Origin: a virus
Lineage: Duplodnaviria; Caudoviricetes
Length of the DNA: 34,490 bases
Virus record (IMG/VR): IMGVR_UViG_3300043765_000051
Coordinates: 1-34,490 of that record
Direction: 5' to 3' (one strand)
How positions within the stretch are numbered: position 1 is the first letter of the stretch; the number at the start of each line of letters is the position of its first letter. The position numbers and the translations under genes are program-made. The notes below the pieces were generated by a model. It saw nothing but the letters and a program-made list of their open reading frames with translations. It searched no databases and had not been told where the DNA came from. This document shows positions 16,201-24,616 of this stretch, in pieces.

Positions 16201-17218
16201 GGCCGGACTGGTCCATGCGGAAGTCATGTATCGCCGTGTTATTGGGGACGACCCAGCCAGGAATCGCTACGCCATCCATCATGCCACCGGCGATGTCGAA
16301 GACATGGACCACGCCTTGCAGGTTGACGGCGATGCGCCCCGGCCCCGAGTCTTGGTTGCCGAGCATGACTGCCATGTTGGAGTTATCGGCGAAACACGGG
16401 ATCCTCGTACTGACGCCGTACTGGGTCGCTAGTGCATTAACATCCCACAGAATCGCGGTAGCGCCCGAGACAACATCGAGAGAAGTGATGCGATTGCCGA
16501 CGAGGCCGATGGCTTGAGTATCGATGGTGGGGTGCCAAACGAACATGTCCCACGCCCGCCCGAGTGTCCCTCCCGGTGACAGCCGCGTGACCGTGAAATT
16601 CACCTTGTCGAAATGGGCAAAGTAGTTGAACGTGCCCATGTCCATGTAGCAGAAGTAATTGCCGAGACACGACCAGCGGCGATTGAGCGTGTTGCCCGTG
16701 TTACAGACGTAATCCTTGTCTACCGCGTTATTGCCGAAGTCGGGTTGCGTCGCATCAGTCGCGCGCAGGACACGGAAACCCGAGATGTCATCGACGGTGG
16801 AAGAATTCATCGCCCCCATCGCTGGCGGCGGGATCGGGTCGGCCAGCACCGCATTCGTCACCGGCGCGTCATAGGTGAGGAACGGCTGCGGGTAAATCGC
16901 AATGCTGTACGATTGCGTCACCGCCGTGCCTGCCCCGTCCGTGCAAGTCACGCCAAAAGTCACCGCAGTCGGCGTCGTGCTGCCGTTGACGATCTGATTC
17001 GGCACGCCCACTACCCTGCCGCCACTCGTCACTGACAGTCCCACAGCGGGCGAGAAGGGTGTCGTCACTGCCCACGAGTAATTACCCGCGCCACCGGTCG
17101 CGTGTAATTGCCAGTTGACGCTCACGCCAATGGTGGCGAACCACAGATTTTTAGTGACGATAGCGAGCGGCGTCGAGCCGCCTGGAAATTGCGCCACCGT
17201 GCCGACTGCGACGGGCAT
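13217..17218 (-). CDS. Large receptor-binding/tail protein: four putative-Ig domains and two beta-propeller-like domains (1333 aa)
   Basis: Four ATGG..Y.W...G.L.GTP Ig-like repeats; two homologous ~450-aa domains each ending in a PD40/TolB-like G.Y..F.S.WG...R.D.F.VE. Confidence 0.7.
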   Translation of the reverse strand: MPVAVGTVAQFPGGSTPLAIVTKNLWFATIGVSVNWQLHATGGAGNYSWAVTTPFSPAVGLSVTSGGRVVGVPNQIVNGSTTPTAVTFGVTCTDGAGTAVTQSYSIAIYPQPFLTYDAPVTNAVLADPIPPPAMGAMNSSTVDDISGFRVLRATDATQPDFGNNAVDKDYVCNTGNTLNRRWSCLGNYFCYMDMGTFNYFAHFDKVNFTVTRLSPGGTLGRAWDMFVWHPTIDTQAIGLVGNRITSLDVVSGATAILWDVNALATQYGVSTRIPCFADNSNMAVMLGNQDSGPGRIAVNLQGVVHVFDIAGGMMDGVAIPGWVVPNNTAIHDFRMDQSGRVVMIEMSGGGGTGGGNFFWNTDEWPVNYNTAGVYHIQSTTAPEYVMGHHNTRWDRYVNSTYLTFLNQWRLRGTLNLSQLQSGVFLQGAAPPGPTGTGGEVYAGWENGRENMQVPFILTNNGAYSSWSPIAAAYQRELSAWSTDADAYASNVTTWRLCHVFAFPNPAGALDFYGAGVVGQVTMQGDYILFQSRWGNTLLTSTGAASQRQDLFIVELKSVVRLTSLILPNAQIGTAYSTQLAATGGTAPYTYTLKETHAASGNTWALSTAGLLTGTPGTATNVTGPYGDYFIVQVTDSSTPTARVGRAQVTLITTPVTGPPVIAATVLNATLNAPFTATLSASGGTPPYTWAQTGIPYWLTLNATTGALTGTPPTSPPAGTLPALGYFTFLAGVTDSASATALAQIKLNIALPPGLSIFTRNLRTATLNIPFSEQLQAQGGSGNYSWAVTTPFSPAIGLSLSSSGLLSGTPNQLVNGSQTTTQCTFGVTVTDTTTNATATRSYSIITLAQPKLGYTAPRDFNVHPEPAGGGSPANVTGSGLATPRTGIVPPTMGPRNSIITDDISGYRILRLTEGAIGAGQSITQGGSEKSNFSLFSNYIGVGNAGAFFFQLNKVNFQATSLNRPTTGNVDWGIGPDLIWDPVIETRVWTQGPFRDGHFWYTDVTTGVQTAFYNYAGFVASLYTDPNNRYVGYPNVADNYNIGFMAGQQDRCSTFVAVVQGVQHILDMQYGTIDGVAIPNYSLIAGPGSTMPWPTGHQCSLEDSGRYLRIVCNGNNVWTYNNAHQPTLFWDLYAPIAQAVIVCAGASPPWNMQDHDTSQQIEFLNNNFTIRSYVDTTGVLNVNAMQPPPAPGTQRDIFAASAPSGTQMSRNASGYMSWQNQRAGMHVPALRTQSGPGMDDGTAFPNQTFYFVARVAEREMMMYSTDPAAPGWWRICHNFAFSNIYGTSFNFWDNAFCTVSRDGSYLVFSSNWGNTLSTPSSGGQFRVDCFVVEML

Positions 17219-19806
17219 CAGCGCACCCGCCGCGCCCAGATACCGGCAGCGACAGTCGGCGTGCCGGCCGAGAAATTACAGAAGCCAATGAGATAGGCCG
17301 TGGCGGCGGCCGATAGGCTGAATCGCACTACCGGCACGGTCATTGACAGCGCTGTTCCCGCAGCGAATGCCGTACCGGCTGGATAAGCGAGCTGGCAAGT
17401 TTGCCCCGAGCCCGCCGGGAAGGTTGCGGAAGTGCCGCTGATTCCCGACGCTACGTTGGTTGAGGTGACACTGCCCATCGAATAGGTAACGCCGCCGCCA
17501 ACGTCCCAATCCCCTGCGGTCAAGGCAAGCGTGACGGCATTCATCGCGTTGCCATTGGTCAACGCCCCACCCGTAGCAGTATTGCTCAGATACTCACCGA
17601 CGTTTCCGGCTGTCGCGTTAGCGCCAGCGGTTGTGCCAGCGATGCCGGCAGAGAAAGTCTGCACAGCCGTCCAAGTATTGGCCGTGCCCGTGGTGGGCAA
17701 TGTGGCAGTCGAGCGCGTGACTTGGCCCGAAGTCGGATCAATCACAGCATTCGGCGAGGCAACGCTCGTCGCGAGACTCGGCATGAAGATCTGACCCGAG
17801 CCGAGCACTTGCAAAAACGTGTGCGTGCCGGTGTCGTCCGTCAGCCACGTGTTGCAATCGTTGATGCTAGTCCACGTGCCGGCGGCGCAAAAAATCCCGT
17901 TGCTGTTGCCCGTCGTATTGCCCGAAGCCGTGCCGGCCTCGCCGAGTTGAAACATCCAGTTACCCGGCGTCGTAAACGGACTGTATTTCGCCGTGAAGAC
18001 CGGCGTCGTCGTGCCGGCAATCACCACGGGAGGCACGAGACTTGCGGCGGGGAAAGTCGCCCCGCCAACGAGCGAAAACACGGGTGCCGGCCCCGCTGTC
18101 CAACTGATCCCCGCCGGAATACTCGGCGTACCGTTGCCGATGAAGCCCGAGCCATCACCCCGGAAGTACGCGAGCCGCTGCCCCGGAGCCGTGCCGACAC
18201 TACCGAGCGGGCCGTCAGTGTTCACTTGAAAGGCGTAATCCGAGGCGTTCGTCCCGCCCGACACTTGCATGCCGTTACTGTTACCCACAGTCGAGCCCGA
18301 TGCCACCGTGGAACTGCCGACTTGCCATTGCCACTGATTCGGCGTCGTGAAAGCGCCGGTGCTGAAAGTGAACCTGCCCGTGGTGTCCCAGCGCACCCCG
18401 AGACTGCCGGCGTAATTGGGGCCTAGGAAGCCGTGCCCGTCGCCGAATATCTGGAAATACTGCACACCACCCGAGGTCGGCTCAACCATGAACACGGTGT
18501 CACCGGCATTGACGCCCGCCTGTATGAATACACCGTTGTTAAATCCTGCGCCGCCAGAAGTTGCCGAGCCTTGAAAGTACGCGAGCCATGCGTTCGCTTG
18601 AGTGTTCGTCGCGCCTTGCACCACTAGCCCGGCGAAATTCACGGCGCAGTTCAGCGTCATCATGTTGCCGCTGCCGGGACTGAGCGTCCACGGACCCGTC
18701 ACGCTCACCGGTGGCGTCGGCGGGAAACCACCTCCACCTCCACCCGTACCGCTCGAGGCGGCCGTGATCTGACCCTGAGAATTCACCGTGAGATTAGTGT
18801 TGGTATACGAGCCAGCCGTCACGCCGCTATTGGCGAGCCCAATGGTGCCCGTGGTCGTGATCGGCCCGCCAACAAGGCCCGCGCCAGTCGCGACACTCGT
18901 TACCGTGCCGGTATTGGCATTCACCCAACGCGACGTGCCCGAATTCCACGTCAGCACTTGACCGTTGGTCTGGGTCGTGAGAGCGACATCGAGCAACTGC
19001 GAGAGATAGCTGACTCCACCCGTACCACCACCGGGAAGGGTCGCGCTACCGGTGAGCGAGAACGTGCCCGAGGAGTTCCAGATGAGCTGGTTCGGGGGGT
19101 TGCCAATCGCACCGCTGCCATCCGCCATCACCCGAAACATCGAATTGCCGGCGGCATTGTCCAGCATGAGCAAATACTGCCCGGCCGGGGGAGGAGTCGT
19201 CGTGCTCGTATTCTGGACAAAGATGCCGTTCGACAGCCCAGCAAGCCAAGCCGCGAAGGCGGCACTGTTGGGTGTCGTGTCAGTCGCGGTGTAAATGCGC
19301 ATCACGTCCTGGTTCACCGCGCCGTTCAACTGCATCATCACACCGGAGCCCGGATTGACGACGACGGGACCGACGAGATTGCCGCCGCCGCCACCGCCGC
19401 CGCCACCGGCCACCGCCGCCGCCGACAGTTGGAAAGCGTTGCGCGGCGCGTTATAGACGAAGGTGACGATCTGCCCCGCATTGAGCGTGCCGGCGGCGAG
19501 TGCCGAGCCATCGGGATTCTGGATCGGTACCGGACCCAGGCTGTTGATGTTGAGCGTCGCCGCTCCCGTGTTCGTAGTAGCGAGGCGCACCTGCAGCGTC
19601 AAACCATCCCCATAGGACGCGAACTGCGTCGACGGGGTCTGCACGTTGATGGCGTTGGTCGTGCCAATGTCGACAAAGAAGTTGCTGAAGGTGTTGAGCG
19701 TACTCAGCGCTGTCGTGAGGGCGGCGAAGTTAATGTCGAGCAGCGACAACGGGATCGGTCCCACGTCGTTCGCGAACTGGTGCAGCCCTGTGACGGTGGC
19801 GGCCAT
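17218..19806 (-). CDS. Tail fibre protein (862 aa)
   Basis: Fibre motifs NTGAATLNINSLG, LLDV...NGQVLTWN...WVN, GVTAGSYTN..LTVNSQGQIT; C-terminal AGNVGEY...LTAGDWDV...ARRVR domain; Gly/Thr-rich. Confidence 0.85.
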   Translation of the reverse strand: MAATVTGLHQFANDVGPIPLSLLDINFAALTTALSTLNTFSNFFVDIGTTNAINVQTPSTQFASYGDGLTLQVRLATTNTGAATLNINSLGPVPIQNPDGSALAAGTLNAGQIVTFVYNAPRNAFQLSAAAVAGGGGGGGGGNLVGPVVVNPGSGVMMQLNGAVNQDVMRIYTATDTTPNSAAFAAWLAGLSNGIFVQNTSTTTPPPAGQYLLMLDNAAGNSMFRVMADGSGAIGNPPNQLIWNSSGTFSLTGSATLPGGGTGGVSYLSQLLDVALTTQTNGQVLTWNSGTSRWVNANTGTVTSVATGAGLVGGPITTTGTIGLANSGVTAGSYTNTNLTVNSQGQITAASSGTGGGGGGFPPTPPVSVTGPWTLSPGSGNMMTLNCAVNFAGLVVQGATNTQANAWLAYFQGSATSGGAGFNNGVFIQAGVNAGDTVFMVEPTSGGVQYFQIFGDGHGFLGPNYAGSLGVRWDTTGRFTFSTGAFTTPNQWQWQVGSSTVASGSTVGNSNGMQVSGGTNASDYAFQVNTDGPLGSVGTAPGQRLAYFRGDGSGFIGNGTPSIPAGISWTAGPAPVFSLVGGATFPAASLVPPVVIAGTTTPVFTAKYSPFTTPGNWMFQLGEAGTASGNTTGNSNGIFCAAGTWTSINDCNTWLTDDTGTHTFLQVLGSGQIFMPSLATSVASPNAVIDPTSGQVTRSTATLPTTGTANTWTAVQTFSAGIAGTTAGANATAGNVGEYLSNTATGGALTNGNAMNAVTLALTAGDWDVGGGVTYSMGSVTSTNVASGISGTSATFPAGSGQTCQLAYPAGTAFAAGTALSMTVPVVRFSLSAAATAYLIGFCNFSAGTPTVAAGIWARRVR

Positions 19807-19816
19807 GGGGAGCTCC

Positions 19817-20161
19817 TCAAGGTGCGCGGATGTCCGCGACGCGATCGATCAATAGATGCAGACGGTTGTGCAGCAGGTGCCAGTCCTGCAGCTCCTCTTC
19901 GGTTTTCCAGATGCCGGGAAGTGCCAAGCCCTTGACGTTCGGGGAGGCGAACTTCTCCTTCGTCACCGTGGCGATGGCGACGTGGCGCGAGGCATGCCGC
20001 ATCATCCAGTCGCCGTTCACCGGTCCCTCGAGCGAGCCGCCCTTTGGCCCCAACCCCTTCTTGACGTACACCTGGTGGCGCAGCTCGTGGGCCGCGAGCC
20101 AGCGCTTGAGCGCGACCTCATCCTTGAGCGTCAGATCCCCGAATGGCGTCACGACGGGCAT
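19817..20161 (-). CDS. Hypothetical protein with three W-x3-H-x3-H motifs (114 aa)
   Basis: Start moved to ATG 20161 (TGATG overlap, MPVVTPFGDL...); motifs WLAAHELRH, WMMRHASRH, WHLLHNRLH. Confidence 0.7.
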   Translation of the reverse strand: MPVVTPFGDLTLKDEVALKRWLAAHELRHQVYVKKGLGPKGGSLEGPVNGDWMMRHASRHVAIATVTKEKFASPNVKGLALPGIWKTEEELQDWHLLHNRLHLLIDRVADIRAP

Positions 20162-21873
20162 CAGGCTCCCACCCAGCGAGCGCCGATCTTGTAGTCGAGC
20201 AAGAAGGCGTTCAGCTCGAAGATAGTCCCTTTCTCTGTCCGTAGCGTGAAGCCGAGGTGCTTGTCGAAGGCCTCCGGGGCCTTGGCCCAATAGGTGAGGA
20301 AGCGCATGGGATTGATCCAGTCGACGAGCGCGGCGGCCGGTCCCCAGGCAGTCAGCGCCCGCTGCGCGTTCACCCACTGCACGAGCCCGAGGGTGCCGAG
20401 CGGCACGAGGTAGGAGTCGCGGATGGTGTCGAGGTAGAGCTGCGCCCCGATATTCTCGGGGTCGCCCGCGATATTGATGCGCACGCCGGCCTTGATGGCT
20501 TGCTTGTCCGCAATCGGGTCGCCGAAGTCCCAGAGCGCGGTCATGATGCGCGCGGCTGGCGCCGAGGTCGGATCGGCGAGGAGCTGGTAGAGGCCGTTGT
20601 TCATGATCGCGAAGAGCGCCGGGGTGTCATCGATGAGCATGGTGCAGATCGAGGTCACGCCCTCGCCGTAGTAGGTGCTCCACCACTTCGAGCCCAGCGC
20701 GTCCGAGAACCACATGAGGATGATGCAGCCCGAGCCGAAGATCGGGTCGTTGTTGCGATAGGTGAGAAAGGCCCCGTTCAAGAGGCGATTGCTCACCACC
20801 TGGGCGCCGGACATCTTGAAGGTGTAGGTCGTGCTGCCATCGGCCCCCGGCCACGGCTCCGCCAGGTCGAAGTTGAGGTACTGCCAGGTGCCGTTGATGG
20901 AGGAGAGATAGTTGTTCGCGGGATCGGGGGCCGAGATGAGCTGCACGGTCGTGCCGTAGAGCTGCCACGCGCCCCAGCGGTTGGCGAAGAGGATGAGCCG
21001 CCCGTAGGCCATGATCGACTGCGGCTGATCGGTGCCGACGATGGCCGAGATATTGAGGATCGTGAAGGTCGGGGTGGGCGGTGAGATCGGCACGCCGGCC
21101 GAGGTGGTGGGCACGTAAACGTCACTGATGACATGGATACTCGTTTCCCCAAAGACGTATAAAAAGCCGTTCGCCACGAACAGCGCGGTAATGTTGCTCC
21201 TCAAGGTCGCGTCATCGATCGTGGTGAAGCCGCCGCCGTCCGCCGCATCGAACACCTGATACGAGGGGGGCGTATCGGTGGCAAGTCCCGCCTTCGAGTA
21301 GAAGAGCGTGCGGCCCTGCGCGATCCACACCATGTTCTGATAGACAGCGATGGCCTGCCCTGACTGCGGCGCGCCGTTGGTGGACGGGACCGGGCTCGGG
21401 GACACTTCGCGCGTGCCGCCGCCGGTGATGACCTGCGTATCCGGCCACTCGAAGTAGCCCTTGCTGTCGATCATCAGGGAAGTGATCTGGTTGATCTGCG
21501 TGACGGCAGTCGCGTCGGTGCCCGAGAAGGTGCCGGCGTTGGAGATTTGCCGCGAAGCCCCGCTCGTGACGTTGTAGGTCCACATCGAGCCGTCGCGCCC
21601 CGCGGCAAGCAGCGTCTCCCCGGGCGGGTTGCCGATGTGGAAGCTCCAGATCTTGTAGATCTGCGAGGTGGCCGGGAACTGGTAGATGAGCGAGCTGATG
21701 TCATTGACCGAGTGCAGGTTGGAATATCCCACCGGCTGGCAATTCATCAAGTCGTAGGTGCAGGAGTCATTCGGCAGCGCGAGCCTGGAATCGGTCGTGT
21801 CGACCGGCAGAAAGTTCTTCAGCCAGTAGCTCTTGAGCGGCCGCTCGTCCTTCGATTCGATGTGCTGCGCCAC
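20161..21873 (-). CDS. Tail nozzle / DNA-stabilisation protein (P22 gp10 / T7 gp12-like), 570 aa
   Basis: Beta-propeller-like strand repeats (IAVYQNMVWIAQGRTLFYS; ITALFVANGFLYVFGETSI); C-terminal DFGDP..DKQ motif; follows the adaptor. Confidence 0.7.
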   Translation of the reverse strand: MAQHIESKDERPLKSYWLKNFLPVDTTDSRLALPNDSCTYDLMNCQPVGYSNLHSVNDISSLIYQFPATSQIYKIWSFHIGNPPGETLLAAGRDGSMWTYNVTSGASRQISNAGTFSGTDATAVTQINQITSLMIDSKGYFEWPDTQVITGGGTREVSPSPVPSTNGAPQSGQAIAVYQNMVWIAQGRTLFYSKAGLATDTPPSYQVFDAADGGGFTTIDDATLRSNITALFVANGFLYVFGETSIHVISDVYVPTTSAGVPISPPTPTFTILNISAIVGTDQPQSIMAYGRLILFANRWGAWQLYGTTVQLISAPDPANNYLSSINGTWQYLNFDLAEPWPGADGSTTYTFKMSGAQVVSNRLLNGAFLTYRNNDPIFGSGCIILMWFSDALGSKWWSTYYGEGVTSICTMLIDDTPALFAIMNNGLYQLLADPTSAPAARIMTALWDFGDPIADKQAIKAGVRINIAGDPENIGAQLYLDTIRDSYLVPLGTLGLVQWVNAQRALTAWGPAAALVDWINPMRFLTYWAKAPEAFDKHLGFTLRTEKGTIFELNAFLLDYKIGARWVGA

Positions 21874-21878
21874 GGTTT

Positions 21879-22535
21879 TTACCTACGGTAAAAGTCGCGG
21901 TTGCGGTAGCTGAAGAATCCCCACATGGCCGCGCGCAGCTCCTCGCCGTACTTCTGATAGAAGATCGTGCTCTCGCTGATCGACTGCTCCTGATACTTGG
22001 CGAGGTGGGCGGCGTACCACGGGATGCAGCGCTGGAAGACGACCGGCAGCACCTCGATGTCGGAGTCGCTCTCGAGCGGCCGGGGGACAATCACCACGTC
22101 CCACTCCGAGGGGTAGTCCTGATCGGGCGCGGGGTTGATGTAACAGACGTTGGCCCCGAGCATGGCGAGCGAGCCCGGCCGGCTGTAGTAGTTCTTCCAG
22201 ATGCGCAGCTTGGCGTTCTGCTCCGAGAAGGCGCGGTTCTGGCAGATGACTCTCGTCGAGCTCCCCCAGATGATAGTGACGGAGAGGATTTCGATGACGT
22301 AGGTGCCGAGGTTCGCGGGGCAGCCGCCGTTCACCGTCTCGACGATGTTGTAGGCCTCCTGATTGGCCGGCAGCGTGATGTCGGTGATGAGCTGGCGCAA
22401 CGCCTTGGTGTCGGAGGCCACCCGCACCCGCGCTTCGTTCACGTAGTCGGTGATGTCGGGATCTGACCAGTACTGCTTGTTGCCGTCGGTCAGGATCCGG
22501 CGCGTCTTGAGGTTGTAATTATCGAGAGCGCCCAC
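21879..22535 (-). CDS. Head-tail adaptor (218 aa)
   Basis: N-terminal WSDPDITDYVNEA helix motif, middle INPAPDQDY, C-terminal IPWYAAHLAK helix; position between capsid and nozzle genes. Confidence 0.7.
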   Translation of the reverse strand: MGALDNYNLKTRRILTDGNKQYWSDPDITDYVNEARVRVASDTKALRQLITDITLPANQEAYNIVETVNGGCPANLGTYVIEILSVTIIWGSSTRVICQNRAFSEQNAKLRIWKNYYSRPGSLAMLGANVCYINPAPDQDYPSEWDVVIVPRPLESDSDIEVLPVVFQRCIPWYAAHLAKYQEQSISESTIFYQKYGEELRAAMWGFFSYRNRDFYRR

Positions 22536-22541
22536 ACTGCA

Positions 22542-22904
22542 TTACGCCTTCCGTGGCTTCGCCTTGGGGAGTTGACCGGAGGCGCGAGCCTCCGGCTCTC
22601 CACCGGGGTTCCGTAGCACGCCAGGATTCTCCCCGATTGGTTCCTCGAAGACCGTGCGTCCCTGTAAGAACTGGAAGCGGTCGAGCGCCTCCAGCGCCGT
22701 CTTCATCGTGCCGCCCGGGTGCAGGAGCCCGAGACGGTTGAGCGCGCCGGCCTTGAGGTGCGGTGGTTGCGACCACGCGAACATGTGCTTGACGGCCTCG
22801 AGGTCGACTTCGACGGGTTCCCCGGGGGCGAACAGGTAGTCCTTGCCGCCGTAGCGGCCCGTCACCGCGAAGTCGTTGCCGTTGATGACCTGCACTGCTT
22901 CCAT
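22542..22904 (-). CDS. Hypothetical head-region protein (120 aa)
   Basis: Tightly packed between neighbours; GRYGGKDYLFAPGEPVEV beta motif. Confidence 0.7.
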   Translation of the reverse strand: MEAVQVINGNDFAVTGRYGGKDYLFAPGEPVEVDLEAVKHMFAWSQPPHLKAGALNRLGLLHPGGTMKTALEALDRFQFLQGRTVFEEPIGENPGVLRNPGGEPEARASGQLPKAKPRKA

Positions 22905-22907
22905 GGC

Positions 22908-23573
22908 TCACCGTGCGTACTGCGACCAGGTGGTGGTGCCCGCCGCTCCCGAAGCCAGGATGATGGTTTGACCGGCGGGTCCCTCGAAGTCGAGCTGCGC
23001 GGCGGTGGAGGGCGCGAGGAGCTGCGTCCACACGGGCGTCGGTGGCCCGGGCTGGCTCGGGAACTGGTACGGAGCCCCGGTGTTGTCGGGGTTGACGGTG
23101 ACCGAGCAATTCGCTCCCAGCCACACGACATAGGTGCCGCAGGCGGGGATCAGGACGGGCACGAGGTTGGCGGTCGTGAGGGTCGGCGCAGCTCCGGTCG
23201 CGGGCATGGCGATCAGCATGGTCGTGGTCGAGAGCACGCGGTAGACGGCGAAGGTGAAGCCATTCACCGAGGTGTTGCCGGTCGCGCCCGTGATCTGGAA
23301 GTAGGTGAAAGTGCCCTGCTGCGAGCCGCCGCCGAAGGAGGTCGGGCCGTGGTGCGTGGTCGGGTTGGTGATCGACTTGATGCCGTTCGGCAGGAGGAGC
23401 TCGGTGTAGCCGTGGGCGGCGGTGGTCGTCACGAGCGCGGTGTTGCAGCCGGCGAGGGTCGCGGCGCCGGTGTTCTGCAGCGCGAGCCCGGTGAGCGGGA
23501 TCGGCACGGCCGTGGTCGAGTACTGCGGCTGGACGAAGACGCTGCCGGGAGGGGCGATCTGTTGGTTGGGCAT
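22908..23573 (-). CDS. Putative capsid decoration / minor head protein (221 aa)
   Basis: Directly after the capsid gene, SD AGGAGG; Thr/Gly-rich beta protein; contains TT..AHG...ITG..G...NG.TF.V (FCCH-like) segment. Confidence 0.55.
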   Translation of the reverse strand: MPNQQIAPPGSVFVQPQYSTTAVPIPLTGLALQNTGAATLAGCNTALVTTTAAHGYTELLLPNGIKSITNPTTHHGPTSFGGGSQQGTFTYFQITGATGNTSVNGFTFAVYRVLSTTTMLIAMPATGAAPTLTTANLVPVLIPACGTYVVWLGANCSVTVNPDNTGAPYQFPSQPGPPTPVWTQLLAPSTAAQLDFEGPAGQTIILASGAAGTTTWSQYAR

Positions 23574-23582
23574 GACGTCCTC

Positions 23583-24605
23583 CTACAGCCCGCTCACGCC
23601 GACGAAGCCGGTGACGCGGCCGCAGCTCTTGGGCTTGGTGTTGACGATCTGCCAGGCATTCACAACCACGCCGATATACCCCAGCTGGTAGTTAGGAATG
23701 GTCGACTCGAAGCCCGAGAAGTTAAACGTCGCCATGTCGTGCCAGTAGGCGTTGATGTAGTTGTTGTTGAGCATGTAGATCGTGCCGGCGTCGGCGGCGG
23801 GGACGTAGGGGTCCATGTAGACCGGCATGCCGGCGACGTCCAAGGCCTTGAAGGCGGAGCGCGGTCGGTCGGCGTCACTATCAAACGCATTGCCGGGGGT
23901 GATGACATAGCTCTCGGCTCCGACGTAATCCTGTGCCAATGCGGCCCACGTACCAGCGTCCGTGACGCCAAAGGAGGGATGCTCGCCGCAATAGTTGTTG
24001 AGGCCCACGATCCACTGCAGCACCAGCTTGCGGGTCGGCGGCACGCTGCCGGCAGCGCGGACATACGACTGCCACCACGTGTTGGCGCTGCGTGAGATGT
24101 TGCCGTAGACCGGCATGTTGGTGCCGTCGTCGATGGCGCCGTCGAGGCCTATCGCGCGGTTGTTCGTGAGACTGGTGTTGCTGTACGCATCCGTCGCCAT
24201 GAAGTGCATCGTCGCGTTGGTCGCATCATTCATGCGCGCTTGGATCAGCGGTATGACGGCGTGGTCGACCTGCACGAGGCCTTCAGTGCCCAAGAACGGG
24301 ATCGGCGTCAGCACCAGCTGCAGGTTGAATTCGGCATCCTGCACGGCCTGCAAAGAGGGCGGCGGCGAGAAGGTGCCGGAATAATCCCCGGCGGAGGCCA
24401 CCACGAGTGGTGAGCCCTGCACCGGCACCGTTACCGAGCTGACGCCACCGCCCGCAGACTGCGCGTTCGCGAGGAACGAAGCCATCAGCGGCGTCGCGTT
24501 GTAGATCTGGATGATGAGCTGCGGAATGAACGCCCGGCGTGTGATCGCGGACAACTCGTTGAACTGCGGACCTGCTTGTGGGAGTAGACCACCTGGGACC
24601 GGCAT
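23583..24605 (-). CDS. Major capsid protein (340 aa)
   Basis: Size, position after scaffold, strong SD TAAGGAG; capsid-like motifs ELSAITRRAFIP.L..QIY..TPL, GLDGAIDDGT...YGNISR....WW, IYMLNNNY. Confidence 0.85.
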   Translation of the reverse strand: MPVPGGLLPQAGPQFNELSAITRRAFIPQLIIQIYNATPLMASFLANAQSAGGGVSSVTVPVQGSPLVVASAGDYSGTFSPPPSLQAVQDAEFNLQLVLTPIPFLGTEGLVQVDHAVIPLIQARMNDATNATMHFMATDAYSNTSLTNNRAIGLDGAIDDGTNMPVYGNISRSANTWWQSYVRAAGSVPPTRKLVLQWIVGLNNYCGEHPSFGVTDAGTWAALAQDYVGAESYVITPGNAFDSDADRPRSAFKALDVAGMPVYMDPYVPAADAGTIYMLNNNYINAYWHDMATFNFSGFESTIPNYQLGYIGVVVNAWQIVNTKPKSCGRVTGFVGVSGL

Positions 24606-24616
24606 AAACTAACTCC

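Noticed and set aside
19378-19425. GCC/CCG trinucleotide run as a contingency repeat
   Set aside because: Encodes a poly-Gly/Ala hinge of the fibre with mixed codons; in-frame and not a phase-variation tract.
13217-19806. Diversity-generating retroelement acting on tail genes
   Set aside because: No reverse transcriptase in the window; the internal repeats are old protein-level duplications, not a near-identical TR/VR pair differing at adenines.
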